The notes beneath the pieces were generated by a model. That model was given only the letters and a program-made list of their open reading frames with translations. It did not search any database and was not told the origin of the DNA. Shown piece by piece: positions 36,241 through 49,100 of a stretch of 64,000 bases of DNA; the stretch's first letter is position 1; every line of letters starts with the position of its first letter. A program made the position numbers and the translations under genes. Origin of the DNA: Phoronis australis (lineage: Eukaryota; Animalia; Phoronida); the NCBI GenBank assembly GCA_002633005.1, contig NMRA01000126.1, positions 202,979-266,978 on the forward strand, given 5' to 3'.

Positions 36241-36574
36241 TTTTAATTTGGCAAAAATGACTGTCGAGGGCATTTGGGGGAAATGTAGATATGATTATTG
36301 ATTTTCACTAATTTTGGGGTGCTGAATCCAAAATAATATGCCGGACTGGATTTTGCCAGCATAAGCCTCAAATCCAAGATGGCAGCCATCGGCCATATTG
36401 AAATGGGTCAGTCTCAATACATGTAAATGCCTTTTAAAATGAGCATGATACATCAAGCTATAGGTTTTCAAGTATGATAAAATCGATTCTGATATTAATT
36501 TAGCATTTTGCAAATGTGTGATGACTTGAACACATGAAAATGTCAGTTGTAATGGATTACCAGTGAACAATTAA

Positions 36575-37200
36575 AGGCCGAATGCCATTAGTCTTTTTTA
36601 CCGTCTTAATCGGTCTATATCAACGTCGCCTATATTATACGGTCGACCTCACCTTGCCGAGAGGTGTCGCGTTAACCTGTGAGGAAGGTGAGAAGCGACG
36701 CAGCGACGTCAGTGGTTTGTCTGCAGAGGGCTTAATGCCGCTTTATTGCGGCACATCGATCCCGCTTGTCCGAACTATGAAGCTACGAAGAAAGCGGGTA
36801 TATCATTTTTTCGACTTCCTCGCGAGCCCGAAATGCTTAGGAAGTGGCTCGTTGTAGTGCCAACAATGAATGGTATGCTGTTAATAGCAAGTATGAGGTC
36901 GTGAAACATCTCCGTGTCTGTGGCCAGCATTTCGTCAACAGTGATTTCTCTGAAGAATTCCGGCTTACCAAAGAACAATCCATACATTCTGTTGTCTGTG
37001 CATGTTCACAGCGCCTCTCTAGTATTTCTTGATCAGTGTATTCCGGTTCGAACTGATAGCCTGTGAAACCCAGCGATCCGATCCGTGAAGTCTTCGTTGG
37101 GTGAGCTCGAAGATCTTGACTAAGTCGGGATAGTGGCGCCGGGCGAGTTGCGATGTATTCTGCGGAATTATTCTCAATACTTATATAAAAGTGAAACAAA
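36575..37200 (+). mobile_element. Kolobok-like transposon remnant with a frameshifted THAP domain (+) and a convergent YQFEPEY-type ORF fragment (-)
   Basis: TTAA|agg start; MPLYC..PACPNY..GISFFRLP..LRKW..RVCGQHFVNSDF at 36735-36970; minus-strand GFTGYQFEPEYTDQEILERR; right end not found. Confidence 0.55.
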
Positions 37201-37302
37201 GCATGTCTCATTAGATACAACTTTGCAATGCCTTTGCAGTATTCGTGAGTGCAATTGTTGAGAAGCCAGCAATAAATAAACCACTGCGTTACCGGTTTTT
37301 GA

Positions 37303-38415
37303 TGCCGGTGTCGCGTGAAATTTCTTCCCCGTGAAATTTCTTCCCAATCCGACTTTGCGCATGCGCAGATTGGCCAGGTTGGCATCCGGTCTTGAGAGCG
37401 TGAAATTTCTTCCCAAGGCACTTCTGTACGCTACTGTGAGACAGTTGAGTCGTTATCTGCTACGAACACGAATATTCCAGACGTTTTTTTNNNNNNNNNN
37501 NNNNNNNNNNNNNNNNNNNNNNNNNNNNNNNNNNNNNNNNNNNNNNNNNNNNNNNNNNNNNNNNNNNNNNNNNNNNNNNNNNNNNNNNNNNNNNNNNNNN
37601 NNNNNNNNNNNNNNNNNNNNNNNNNNNNNNNNNNNNNNNNNNNNNNNNNNNNNNNNNNNNNNNNNNNNNNNNNNNNNNNNNNNNNNNNNNNNNNNNNNNN
37701 NNNNNNNNNNNNNNNNNNNNNNNNNNNNNNNNNNNNNNNNNNNNNNNNNNNNNNNNNNNNNNNNNNNNNNNNNNNNNNNNNNNNNNNNNNNNNNNNNNNN
37801 NNNNNNNNNNNNNNNNNNNNNNNNNNNNNNNNNNNNNNNNNNNNNNNNNNNNNNNNNNNNNNNNNNNNNNNNNNNNNNNNNNNNNNNNNNNNNNNNNNNN
37901 NNNNNNNNNNNNNNNNNNNNNNNNNNNNNNNNNNNNNNNNNNNNNNNNNNNNNNNNNNNNNNNNNNNNNNNNNNNNNNNNNNNNNNNNNNNNNNNNNNNN
38001 NNNNNNNNNNNNNNNNNNNNNNNNNNNNNNNNNNNNNNNNNNNNNNNNNNNNNNNNNNNNNNNNNNNNNNNNNNNNNNNNNNNNNNNNNNNNNNNNNNNN
38101 NNNNNNNNNNNNNNNNNNNNNNNNNNNNCTGACCGGCGACTGAATTGAAGTAAATCTAATTATAATTCATTTACCAATGTCTAACATAACAATGGCAATT
38201 GACTAAAATCGTTACATTATCACACACGTAGTGAATTTATATTTTTAGGCTTATTTTACAGCTGTGCTTTGCCTTCTTCATTTGGGAAGAAATTTCACGG
38301 GGGAAGAAATTTCATGCCTTAGACGTGAAATAACTTCCCCTCAATACCGCGCATGCGCAAAAGGGTCAGAGTGTGAAGAAATTTCACGGGGAAGAAATTT
38401 CACGCGACACCGGCA
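37303..38415. mobile_element. Foldback-like DNA element with ~40-bp perfect TIRs, spanning an assembly gap
   Basis: tgccggtgtcgcgtgaaatttcttccccgtgaaatttcttc inverted at both ends; subterminal gtgaaatttcttccc repeats; no clear TSD. Confidence 0.8.
37491..38128. other. Assembly gap
   Basis: Run of N. Confidence 0.99.
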
Positions 38416-41400
38416 ATGAATAAAGGTAATTGACGGGGCACCGAGGCCGTGTGGTGAGCGCATGCTAATGCAGTGTTTGCTGACAGAAAACTGTTGTGAA
38501 ACAATTACTCGATTTTATATGCTATGGCCACATGTTAGGGGAATCTTTATTTAGAAATACAAATACATTATTCAAATCATTGTTAATGTACAACCTTTGC
38601 CCTGACGGTCTCTGGAAGGCCGGGAACTCAACTTTCCGGCCCCCGACAAGTAAGTAGATTTTCAGTTCCGTGGCTAATTCACGTAAATAATTACGTGCAC
38701 GAGCGTAGGCGCACGTAGGCGCAGCCAACCAACTTTTGGCATTTGAACGTAGCGCCTACGCACCGTAAGTTACGCGTGCTCAAGGTGATACGGTGGGCTT
38801 TCGTCGCCTCATGACTACGACATCCCGTTGCTCCCAACTTGTTTGATTCTATAGCCCAACAACAAGTTGGGAAGTTTACCCTGGAGTAGCCAATACCTTA
38901 CAAGACTGATTAACTCCATCCTGGCATTTATGGTTGGATGGCCTGCGCTGTTTTGTTCGATAATTGCTCTAATCTCCGATCAGGTCGTATCTATAGACTG
39001 ATTGGGCTGGGATGATAAAAATGAAAGCTAAGTTATAACATATTTGAGATTAAACCAATAGCATTTCTGAATTTCTCGTCAAATGGTGATCATGTTCCGT
39101 TTTTGAATCACCAAAATCGGCCAACTACAACAGAAGTTAAGACAATCTATTTTGTCCAAACGGACGCACTGGGTTTGACTGTGTTCATATACGCGTTCGG
39201 TAATAGCGTGCAACCACATATACGTTTCCTTTAAAGCCTGGGAGATAATTGGTCTGCTTGTTATCATACGGGACAAAAAACTGAGCTGGACAGTTAACAA
39301 AAGAGCCAAATGTTATCGCACGTTCAGCACCCCCACGTCTGGAAAAGTTACTGAACGACAGAACGCTGTAACGATGTACTTACCTCTACTTTTATCACTA
39401 CAGCACTGACTGTTATAGTCTTTTCGCGACTGGAACTTAAGTTTCCAAAACAAGCTGGTTTATGTTCGTGCCAGCCCCGGCGACCGCGACGGGCCTGATC
39501 GGGTTCCAAGCCACTGGCCAGGAGTCAGTCTGGCGCGCCGCGACGGGCCTGATCGGGTACCGAGCCACTAGCCGGGATAACAAGCGTTTTGTGTGTTTAG
39601 AACTCAAAAAAGCATAAGTCTAAACAACACAGATCTAGGTTCTCTTGTCTTATCGAAGTTTAGTAATTTATCGGTGTTAAACGATGATTTCAAGCGATAA
39701 GCTGACACCAGTACTGAACCCGTGTTGTGAACTCTCTGAACAGACTGCGTGTGAAACCAATGACGTCATTGGATAATTTCAACACCTCCGTCTGCCGTCA
39801 CTGAGGTGTCAGGTAACGCAACCGAACGTGCCGTTATCGAGTAGAACTACTCGATCTAAATTGATACAAAATAGGTTGTTTTTGGGTGGCATTCAGCCAC
39901 TTCTATTTCAGTGTTACTGTTACACGAACATCGTTTGTTACAATAACATGTTTCTTATAAAGATTATAGCAAGTCAAACAGAGCATTTTCCGTAAAAAAG
40001 TTTTCTTAGAACATTAAATAATAAAGAAAGCGTTGTGCTGAGTCGTCTGCGGTTGTCTGCCTCATCGGTGTATGATTTTCACTCGACATCGCTTTGATGA
40101 ACTTCTTTCTGATCCAAGTGTCCTGTCTTGATTTGACTTTTGACATTCTTCGACCTAATGTGGAAATGCAGTGGACCGCGCTGTTTGAAAAATTCAGAGC
40201 ATGCAGCGCCGTGACATTCAGCACTTTACTAGTGTTTGGATGGAGTTGGCAATTGGCTACTTTTTCACTGGCAATATATAGTTGAGAGGGTGTTTAAACG
40301 GTGTTACTAATCTACCAAAGCAGGTAGGCCTAGTCGTGCCTCATGTTTTTGCTCTTAATTTTCAAGGAATTGGGTTAATGTACATAATTTGTAGACGTAT
40401 GTGTTCAGTAAGAAATTGTCAACTTGGATAACAAATTATATCAAATTGACAGGAATGTATGTCCAACTGTGACACAAATGGTTTGAATAAGAAAAGACAT
40501 CAGTTAAAAAACAACGTCACAAAATGAACGGTTCAAGGTGGGTCGATGCTTCAGGACAGATTTAGTTTTCAATTTTAAAGTTGCGTTTCATTCCCTTTTA
40601 CAACGAAAACATTCACTTAGCTCCGGAGTCTCAAAAGTTTCTCTGCCAAAATTAGGGGCGAACTGGAGCTTATAGGTAAAGCTATCTTTTGTGTGCGTTA
40701 TGATAGTGAGCACTTATCATGCTCACAACTACCGTATTTGCGCGTATTTAGGCCGATATTCGTCTCGCTTGAGCTCCACTTAGTGAAACACTTAAAAGGA
40801 TATTATAACAATCAATCCTCACACTGTCACCTGCTAATACATTACTGGCGTCCCACTTGAGTGATAAAAGCAGGATTGACGAACAAAGCTAAATGTTTCA
40901 ACAGTATTAATTAATGAAGTGACTTTCAAAGTACAAATTAGGCAAAGAAATGACAATCAGACGGTAGGACCACGAAACATGCATGCGAAAATGGCACCTC
41001 TTCAAGTCCTGGTCTCACACGTTGTTAACCCTTATTACATTGTTAGAGGATGTTATAAGGATCCAAGAAGTACCTACCCCGTAACTAATAGACGATCCGT
41101 ACTCGAAAAAAGTTTAAATGAACGCGCCACTCACGATTCGCACCCGAAGAACCACCGCCATTTTGAACTTGCCGCGAACAATTCATTCAGGAACCCAGGC
41201 TAAGAAAACGCCGTCAGTGAGTGCGACTGGAGCAGTGCCTGTTACCTGCCTGCAAATGGGGATAAAGTAATCGACATCGCGCCTTAATTTTAATAAAATC
41301 AAAATACGGACAATTTTATCGAATTTGCTGAAGAAATGTGGCGAATAAACTTTGACAGAAATTATTTTGCCGTACTCGGGACAGCAGCCTATCGGGACCC

Positions 41401-43677
41401 GGTGCGGATCGAGACCAGACACTGGCGAACGTTAAAGGCATTTTGCAAGCTGTTTTGTAGAAGTAAAATGTTCAAATCATAAACGTCCTATACATTCAAA
41501 GGTAGTTTCAGACACTTGCATAAAATTACGGGCTGGTTAGTCCTGTGTCACACTGCCGCGGCAGCTCTTAGCTAGCCTCAGTGCCAGCTACCAGTATGAA
41601 GACTAACTAGGCTTGTTAGTAGGCCTATACAGCTTTGCGTCAAGGCTACCCTTAGGCCTACCTGGTCGCTGGCCACAGCTCTCGCTCAAACGAGGTTTAT
41701 TTAAAACTTGGGTACTTCTGGCGAGCTGTGCAAAGTTGATGCCTGAGAGATTTTCCCAGACTTTGCATGAGCACACCAAGCCTAAGAAATGGGGGGCTGG
41801 AATTTTTGGAAATATCTAACTGTATCTTTTACTATAAGGTTCACTGGGTATGTTCAGAGCTATGAATTGCAGACGCTAAATTTTGGTACTTCCTGTCTTC
41901 TAGTGGAATATTGTCTCGTTTTCTACTTTCTTTGGAGTTCATGCTTCTATCGGACTGAGACAGACCTTTTTCCATTTCTCCAAATAGGGTGCTCGTTCGA
42001 CCACATAAGTATGACAAGTCCAATACAAAATGTTATCAATTTTTATTCATTAAGCCTAATTGATTCAACCTTTTAACATAATAAGTAACTTAAAATGCAC
42101 AATACTTTACAACATTTAGCATTACAAACACTATTCAACAGCAAAAGTTTCCATGATATGAAAGTGGACATGCATGTAACTATTACCATGGTGACCGAAT
42201 AGTGCTTCCTTACACCAGAATTTGACAAGCACGATTAAAAAATATGAAGTTGCAAGGAACAAGAATTGGAGGCTTGAAGCTTCACAATCCAACATAGATT
42301 ATTCATATTGTGGACTTGATAACCTGAATTAAGAAGCAATAAGTTACAAAACATGACTTGAAAGCAATTTAGACTTAAAATTTAGAAAAATATGAATCAT
42401 TTTGTGGCACCTAATCAAGCCTTGAACATCAGTTGACAGTCAAACAAAAAACCATTTCAAAATTATTTCAACTACGCGGTATTTTTTGTAGGTTAGTGTA
42501 AGATCACCTGAATGGGACATTCACAGTAAAATAATTCGAATATATCTTGTATTTTTGCACCAAAAACACGAAAATTTATAAAAGTTCCTTTTTTGTAGCA
42601 ACGTTTGTCAAAATGTATTAACGTTAAATCTTCACAAATTAAAAAGTAACAGGTTGAACATGCCTTCCAGTTCAGCAAAAGTCGCCATGTTGGTGCCGTC
42701 CAACAGGAATTGTGAGCACATTTATCACTTAATGAGTAACAACTGCGAGGCTGAAATTTGGTGAACACTGTTGAATCGTGCAGAATAGTAAGTAAAGATA
42801 TGTCTCACTAAATTTCACCGTAATTTGTTGGCGAAAACAATTTACACAAAGCTTTAAACTCGTAATTTATCCCGCTGTCCTCCAATATGGCCGACGCGAT
42901 CCAAACAAGGTGACTCAAATTTCGCCACAAAAATTGCAATAACTTTACACTGCTTGCCCCGATTTTGATACTTTTTCGATTTCTACTGAGTAGAATGCAC
43001 TACCTTTCCGATGACAGCAAAGTGCTTTTTCAAAACGAGAAAAAAATCAAAACGAAAAAAAATTGGTTCGACTCATTGGCTCCTAGGGGACCGCCCTACG
43101 TAAGGAACTAATGACACCAATCATGTTATTTTAACATAATAAGTACGCGTAACATTCCAAAAAATTCAACGATCACTAACTACAAACTATAAATACACTA
43201 CATATGCAAACGAATCACGAGATATTACTAATAAAACAAAATAATGAAGACTTTTCGAGCAAGCGATAGCGCATTCAGTTACAAGGAAAAAATGGCGCCG
43301 TTCAGGACAAGTTCCTGAACTGATGAGCCGGAAATGTGGGTACGGAAATAACCGATGACTGCCAGTAATTATACGCTCACAGAGAAGGGTCAAATACTGT
43401 TATAAAAGAGCTTTTGGCAAGAAAGGCGAAAATAATATAAAGACAGGGTGTCCAAAATAAGATTTTATTTTGTAACTACATGGGCATTTTGCTTTTTAAG
43501 GAATTTTGAGCCCTACAGAGACGTGTGCTTTCATTTTGTAATTATATTTACATTCATGGAACATCCGTTTAATTCAATGGCATAACATATTGTTTTGATT
43601 TAGTTTTGTGTTGTGGTCTCATGGTTTATAGTGTCATCAAAATAGAGTCCATATGTGCTATTTTTAGCTTACTAAAC

Positions 43678-46194
43678 CGGTGACGGATCTACGGGGGTTC
43701 AGGGGGTTTAAACCCCCCTCCCATCGGGCCAGGACCCAAAAATTAAAAAAAAAAAAACAAACAAAAACGTCTCCAGCAAAACAAAAGCGGCACCGCCAGC
43801 GTGTGTAAACCCCGGCCAAGTAAACCAACTTGGAAAAAATGAGGGGTGGGGGTTCACTCTGAAAATATATTTTTTGCATTGTGAATTGCTGTTATGAAAA
43901 TCAACGCATTTCGAGTCAGTCTTCGTGGCTCATCGGCAAAACCCCGGAGATCATTGTGCGCGCGCTTCCGTCGACACTTCTGAAGTAGCCAAGCATTTTA
44001 GATGGATCCACCGCTGAAAGAGCAGCTCTATAGCTGATTTCTTTAGGTAACTATTTTCTTTACTCTAACACATGTTTTGATTTGATAAGGTAAATGCTGT
44101 GGTGCCGCAATCCTGACATTCAGGCGAATTGACGTGCAAAGTTTTTACCTCATCTGTCATGCCGTGTCATCCTATTACACCCCACACGTTTGTAACTCGA
44201 ATTTGTACTATTAAAGTTGTATTGCGCAATATCATACAGTGTACATGTACATGAAACACTTTTGAAAAAACTCGTTTTCCGAAGAATTGCTGTTGTGGCG
44301 GGTGCCGTGGTCTGGTCGCGAGTCTGCTTGAAGATGCAATCTAACAAGTTATGTCTATACAAGGAATGACCAAGGGGGCATTCACATTGACAAAGTGACC
44401 GCATTCGCGAAGAGTGTACAGTACCAGAAATTGCAGGGAGTCTGTATTTTCAAAACAAAGTCTTGCGGGACTCGTGCGATGTTCAATAGGCCTCCTAAGG
44501 AGCCCTAGTGCCGACCTCAACACCTACCGTCGATGATGAACGTATCAAATTTAATTGCGCATGCTGATAGTCTTTTGAATGGACTTGGTAACCTCAGGGG
44601 GCTTAGTGCCAACTGAGCTGCGAAACGACATGCTGACATTGTAGAGGCGTACAAGCTCATTGACACAGCAGTTGACGAAGTGCAAGTGTTGGAAACAAAC
44701 GTCGAAGATGTCTGGGTAGAATGGTTCTAAGAGGAGCAAACCATTGGATCCGATGTACAGATTCCTCGGCAGTCTAGACAACAGAAATATAGGACCAACT
44801 TTCCTGGAGAAACACCCAGGTAATAAGTTAGAGTTCTACACAGTTTGTAATAATGTCGGTTTTTTATGCTTGTGTACAATGAAAACGAAATAGAAATTAT
44901 TTTCGGACATGCCAAATTTACCCAGTACAGCAGAGGGTCTACGAGCGCACAGAAACTGATTCTGGTTTGTATTTCCACTTGAGTCTATCTGCTTCATATC
45001 CAAAATCTATTTCACGTAGTGCGTAGTTAAACCTGTACTCAATACTTCTTTCTTCCAGTGAGTACTACAGAACGGTGCGAAAACCCTTCCTAGACAACCT
45101 GTCGCAGCAGTTGACCACCAGATGTGTAAACTACCCGTATGAGCTAACACTGGGTATTAAAAAGTGTCTAGAGAGAAGTTTTCAATTCAAATTTTTTTGA
45201 AAAGTACGCTTTAGGTCTCGCGACGGACCAGGCCAGCTTGACTTGTGTAGATATCGAGTTTCAGTGTACTTCTGGTCCCTCGGCGAACTAGTCTTGTGAT
45301 GTTTTTTACCAACGTGTGCTTTGTAAAACTATTTATCTCAGCTGTTTGGTCCCGCAACAGATCGACTATTTTATAGGGATAATAAGCCCAGGTGTACTTT
45401 TGGTCTCGTGACGGACCAGGCCAGTGTTTTTGTGTACTCTCAGTGTACATCTGGTCCCTCTGCGAACTGCTCCTGTATATCTTTTCACCACGGTGTACAG
45501 AATGTTTTGGTTTCGTGAAACTGTTTTCAGATGATATGTTTCATGATACATTTGACGTTTTTCAATTGTTGTCAACGTGATTCAGTTTAATAAAGTGATA
45601 ATTATTTATTGTCGCTTTTAATAATAGACCATGAGCTGAGAGCACCATCCTTCGCCAGTTGTTCTCGTAACGAGACAGAACACATGTTTATTTCCGTACA
45701 AACAGTACAGGTCTTCGTTCTTAAACAACTTGAGGCTGCTGCGATCATCTGATATTCAAGTTTTTACGCCCCGTCGGTGCTCCTTATGCTCTTGAATATT
45801 TGGTAGTTGTCTAAACCCCTATATGCACACCACACGTTTTCGTATGCTAAAAAGGTGTGTATAAGCAGATGTTCCAACAAAAATTTTTGCTGGTGGTGTG
45901 ATTCATACCCAGATGTGCACAAATATGGTTTCACGAAACTTATGAGCCAAGTTCATGTGACGAAATCGAGAAGGGTTTTAATTATCTTAAGAAAAACTCC
46001 AGGGACATGCCAGAAACGTACCAGGATGCATGGAAATTTCACTGTTTGGCTACAAAAACAAAAAGTTGTCTTACACGGGAGGGGGATTTACCCTGACCTC
46101 CCCTTCCTTCCGTTCGGCGCCACGCGCCTCGGATTCGACCTTTGCGGGAATCCTAAACCCCCCCCCCCTTACTGAAAACGTAGATCCGCCACTG
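43678..46194 (+). mobile_element. hAT deletion derivative copy 1 (P52rIPK/ZMYM1-like transposase remnant)
   Basis: TIRs cggtgacggatctacg / cgtagatccgccactg; plus-strand remnant AYKLIDT...QIPRQSRQQKYRTNFPGETP at ~44550-44820; closely similar to copy 2. Confidence 0.8.
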
Positions 46195-49100
46195 TAAACG
46201 TTTCGATTCTTATTTTATCTTACTTTGAATTTGGGCACATTTGACCAGCCGTTGTAGTGCCTACTACGCCTTTAAGTACAATGTATTCAACACAAGCAAA
46301 CTTTCTTTTCACATTTGTTTAATAATGGAATCAAAGTCAACATACTCCCCAAACACACATGAGCGACAGCCAGTTTCAACATCGTACCACAAATCCGGAG
46401 TTTGGAAATTTGGCATGTCCACCGTGACTTTGTCCAATCTCATGAATGAAAACGTTCCACGTCAAAAAAAGTTATCTTTAACATCAACTGTGTTTACATT
46501 CACTGTTTTAACTTTCCACAAAATTCATTTCTTTCAAAACATTCTAATCAACTTTAAAGTGTTCTTATAATGGGTTTTTGCATTTTTTTGGTTTTAGACC
46601 GTGTATAATAATCTTATAACATAATATATAATTAAAGAAACACTTATTTTGGAAAATAAATGATTAATTTTGAATTTTAAAGAAAAATGACGATTTTTTG
46701 GTTTCCCACCACGTGATGTCATCAGTGGAAGACGTTGATCAGTTTACAGCATATAAGCAATGGCGAATAGTAGTGATTTTATGTGTTGCGCAGACTTAGA
46801 GAGCGAGCTTGACGAGTATTATGAAAAAAGGTATGAAGATGGGGATAAAGACGACACTCGGGTGAAACATATAATAAGTTAGACCTCGCCGTATCGGCAG
46901 ACTGCGTGTTTGTTGCCATACATGTTTGTTGTCGACCCTCCCGCACTGGCGTCTTCGGCGAGTGAGTCCGAGTCGGAGCTTTCCCAGTCTGCGCACAGTC
47001 TTGATTTCTGAGCTTACATTCCTGATTGATAATGCATAGCTTTTTATTGACTCACAATTTAATTTTCTAACCAGTCTTACTAGTGTCGAGTAATATGCAT
47101 ATGTCTCGAGCTGTAAATCTGTAACCGAAATTTTTACCCTGACTGCAAAAGCCCAGTTGCGAATAGCGGCTACATTGATTTCATTTCTTCGAATGCCGAG
47201 TGCATGCAGGAACGACCATATCTACATGTAATTATCGTGACGCTAGCTGGATTTTATTTCTGGTAAATGATACTCGTTTCTGCCTTGTACGTTCCAAAAT
47301 TACGAAAGCGTTGTACTGTTCGTCAATTATAATTCGGAACAGTGCCCAACTCCAACCTCTGTACTGGCTGCTGTCGTGACCTCAAACTCTTTGCCCGGCA
47401 TTTACATTTCATTTTCTATAATAAAATTCGGCATTGGCGTATATGTGGATAGCAAGCATTCCCTTGAGAACTTTCTAACTTCAATCACAGTCATTAACTC
47501 AATCACAATTTGATGCTGAGGCTTTACACAATAAGCGCTTGACAATCACATTGCCAGCAATGGTGCAACACATTGCATTCTTTTTCTCCATCAAATGTAC
47601 TTAGACGTTGGAGAAACTTTCATTAAATCTCCGTTTCTGCTACTTGTCGAAATACAATTCTTCAAAATGGACTGAGCACACCATGGCCCCCGCTAAATTG
47701 ATTGCTTGCTCCACCGTGTACTGCCATGCCCGTGTCCAATGCACGAACCTGTGCCATTTGTGGGCGATCTTATTATCCTTTGGAAACACAAAACTGAAAT
47801 ACTGTCTGTCCGATTGCTATTAGTGCATCCTCCGCACACGCATCTTTTTACAATACTCGTCTCGTGCAATATTCAGCTCTTTTTGAGACCACTCTGGCTC
47901 ACGATTGGTGTAGAACAACACAGGGGTGGAGAACGGAGTGCCAGTGGTGACATCACACAAAATTTTTAATTTTTTTATTTTTGCGTTTATTTCTTGATTA
48001 CATCAGCACTAAAATTGAAGAAGAAATGCTTAAAATATAATACCAAAATTGTTGGTAACTGAATTCAAGCATTTATGACCATGGTGTGAAGGGTTTAAAC
48101 AAAATGTCGGAAGCGTCCTTATAAATAAAAACGTTGTCAGGAGCGTCTCACACGGTAAGAAACAGTGGCAGTTTGACATCCATTAGCTAGGGGGTTAAGT
48201 GGAAGAACGCGCATATTCTCTTTAAAAAGCTACATCATACGGCGTTTTTTTTTTTGCAAGAACGAATTTCCGGCGCACCCACAAAAAGTACAACATGGCG
48301 CCCCAAAAAGTGTTTTGGCGCTTCCAAAATCGCCTTTGCACGCCCTCCCCAGAAGGACTGGACCCTCTCGGCGTGTCCCCTTTCCACACCACCACTACAA
48401 ACATATACCTGGAAATGCATTTGTAGGAAAAGGATTTCACATTCACATTTAGCGTTACAAAATTGCCGCGGTCTCATCTCAGGGCACTCAATTTTCTGTA
48501 TGATAGATAGTCTCTAGATATGAACCTTTGGAACAATTTAGCCGACTAACTTTTACACTACAAACATGACGGAATCTTGTGGAATTCTGTGAGTGCAAGG
48601 CGTGGGGTCTCGTTTTGTGTTAGCAAGTCTTTTGTTTTAGCTTACTTGCTTGCTCATTTGTTAATCTTGTGTGGTTGTTGAGAGTATCTTTATGTAGAAC
48701 ATGTCCTAGCTTTATGTAGCATACAGGCCTTTTATTCAGTGAATCACCTGGATGCACCATTCATGAAGGTAGGGCATTTTTACAGAGACCGTTAGACTTG
48801 TATCATTTGACCTTTTACTATGGCATGTAGATCGGCGTAGGGCCCCTGTAGTCGTGGGGCACGAGGGTACGTGCCCTAGTGGGCCCTGTGGTTAAGATGG
48901 CATTGAGAAAGTACAACAAACCTCAGTGTTTCACCTTACTGCATATGTCAAAGACGTCTAATATTGAGTCATTGAACACGACTGTCTTTCATATTTATAA
49001 GAAAGGTTCGGATGATACTCAGACCTTCGGTGAGCATCCGATTTTGGGAAGTATCTTGAAAAGACCGTCCCTACTACCAAGGTCAAATGCTTCCCTTAGA

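Noticed and set aside
37331-38143. Long ORFs of 257-289 aa (also 59477-60494)
   Set aside because: Consist of N runs (assembly gaps).
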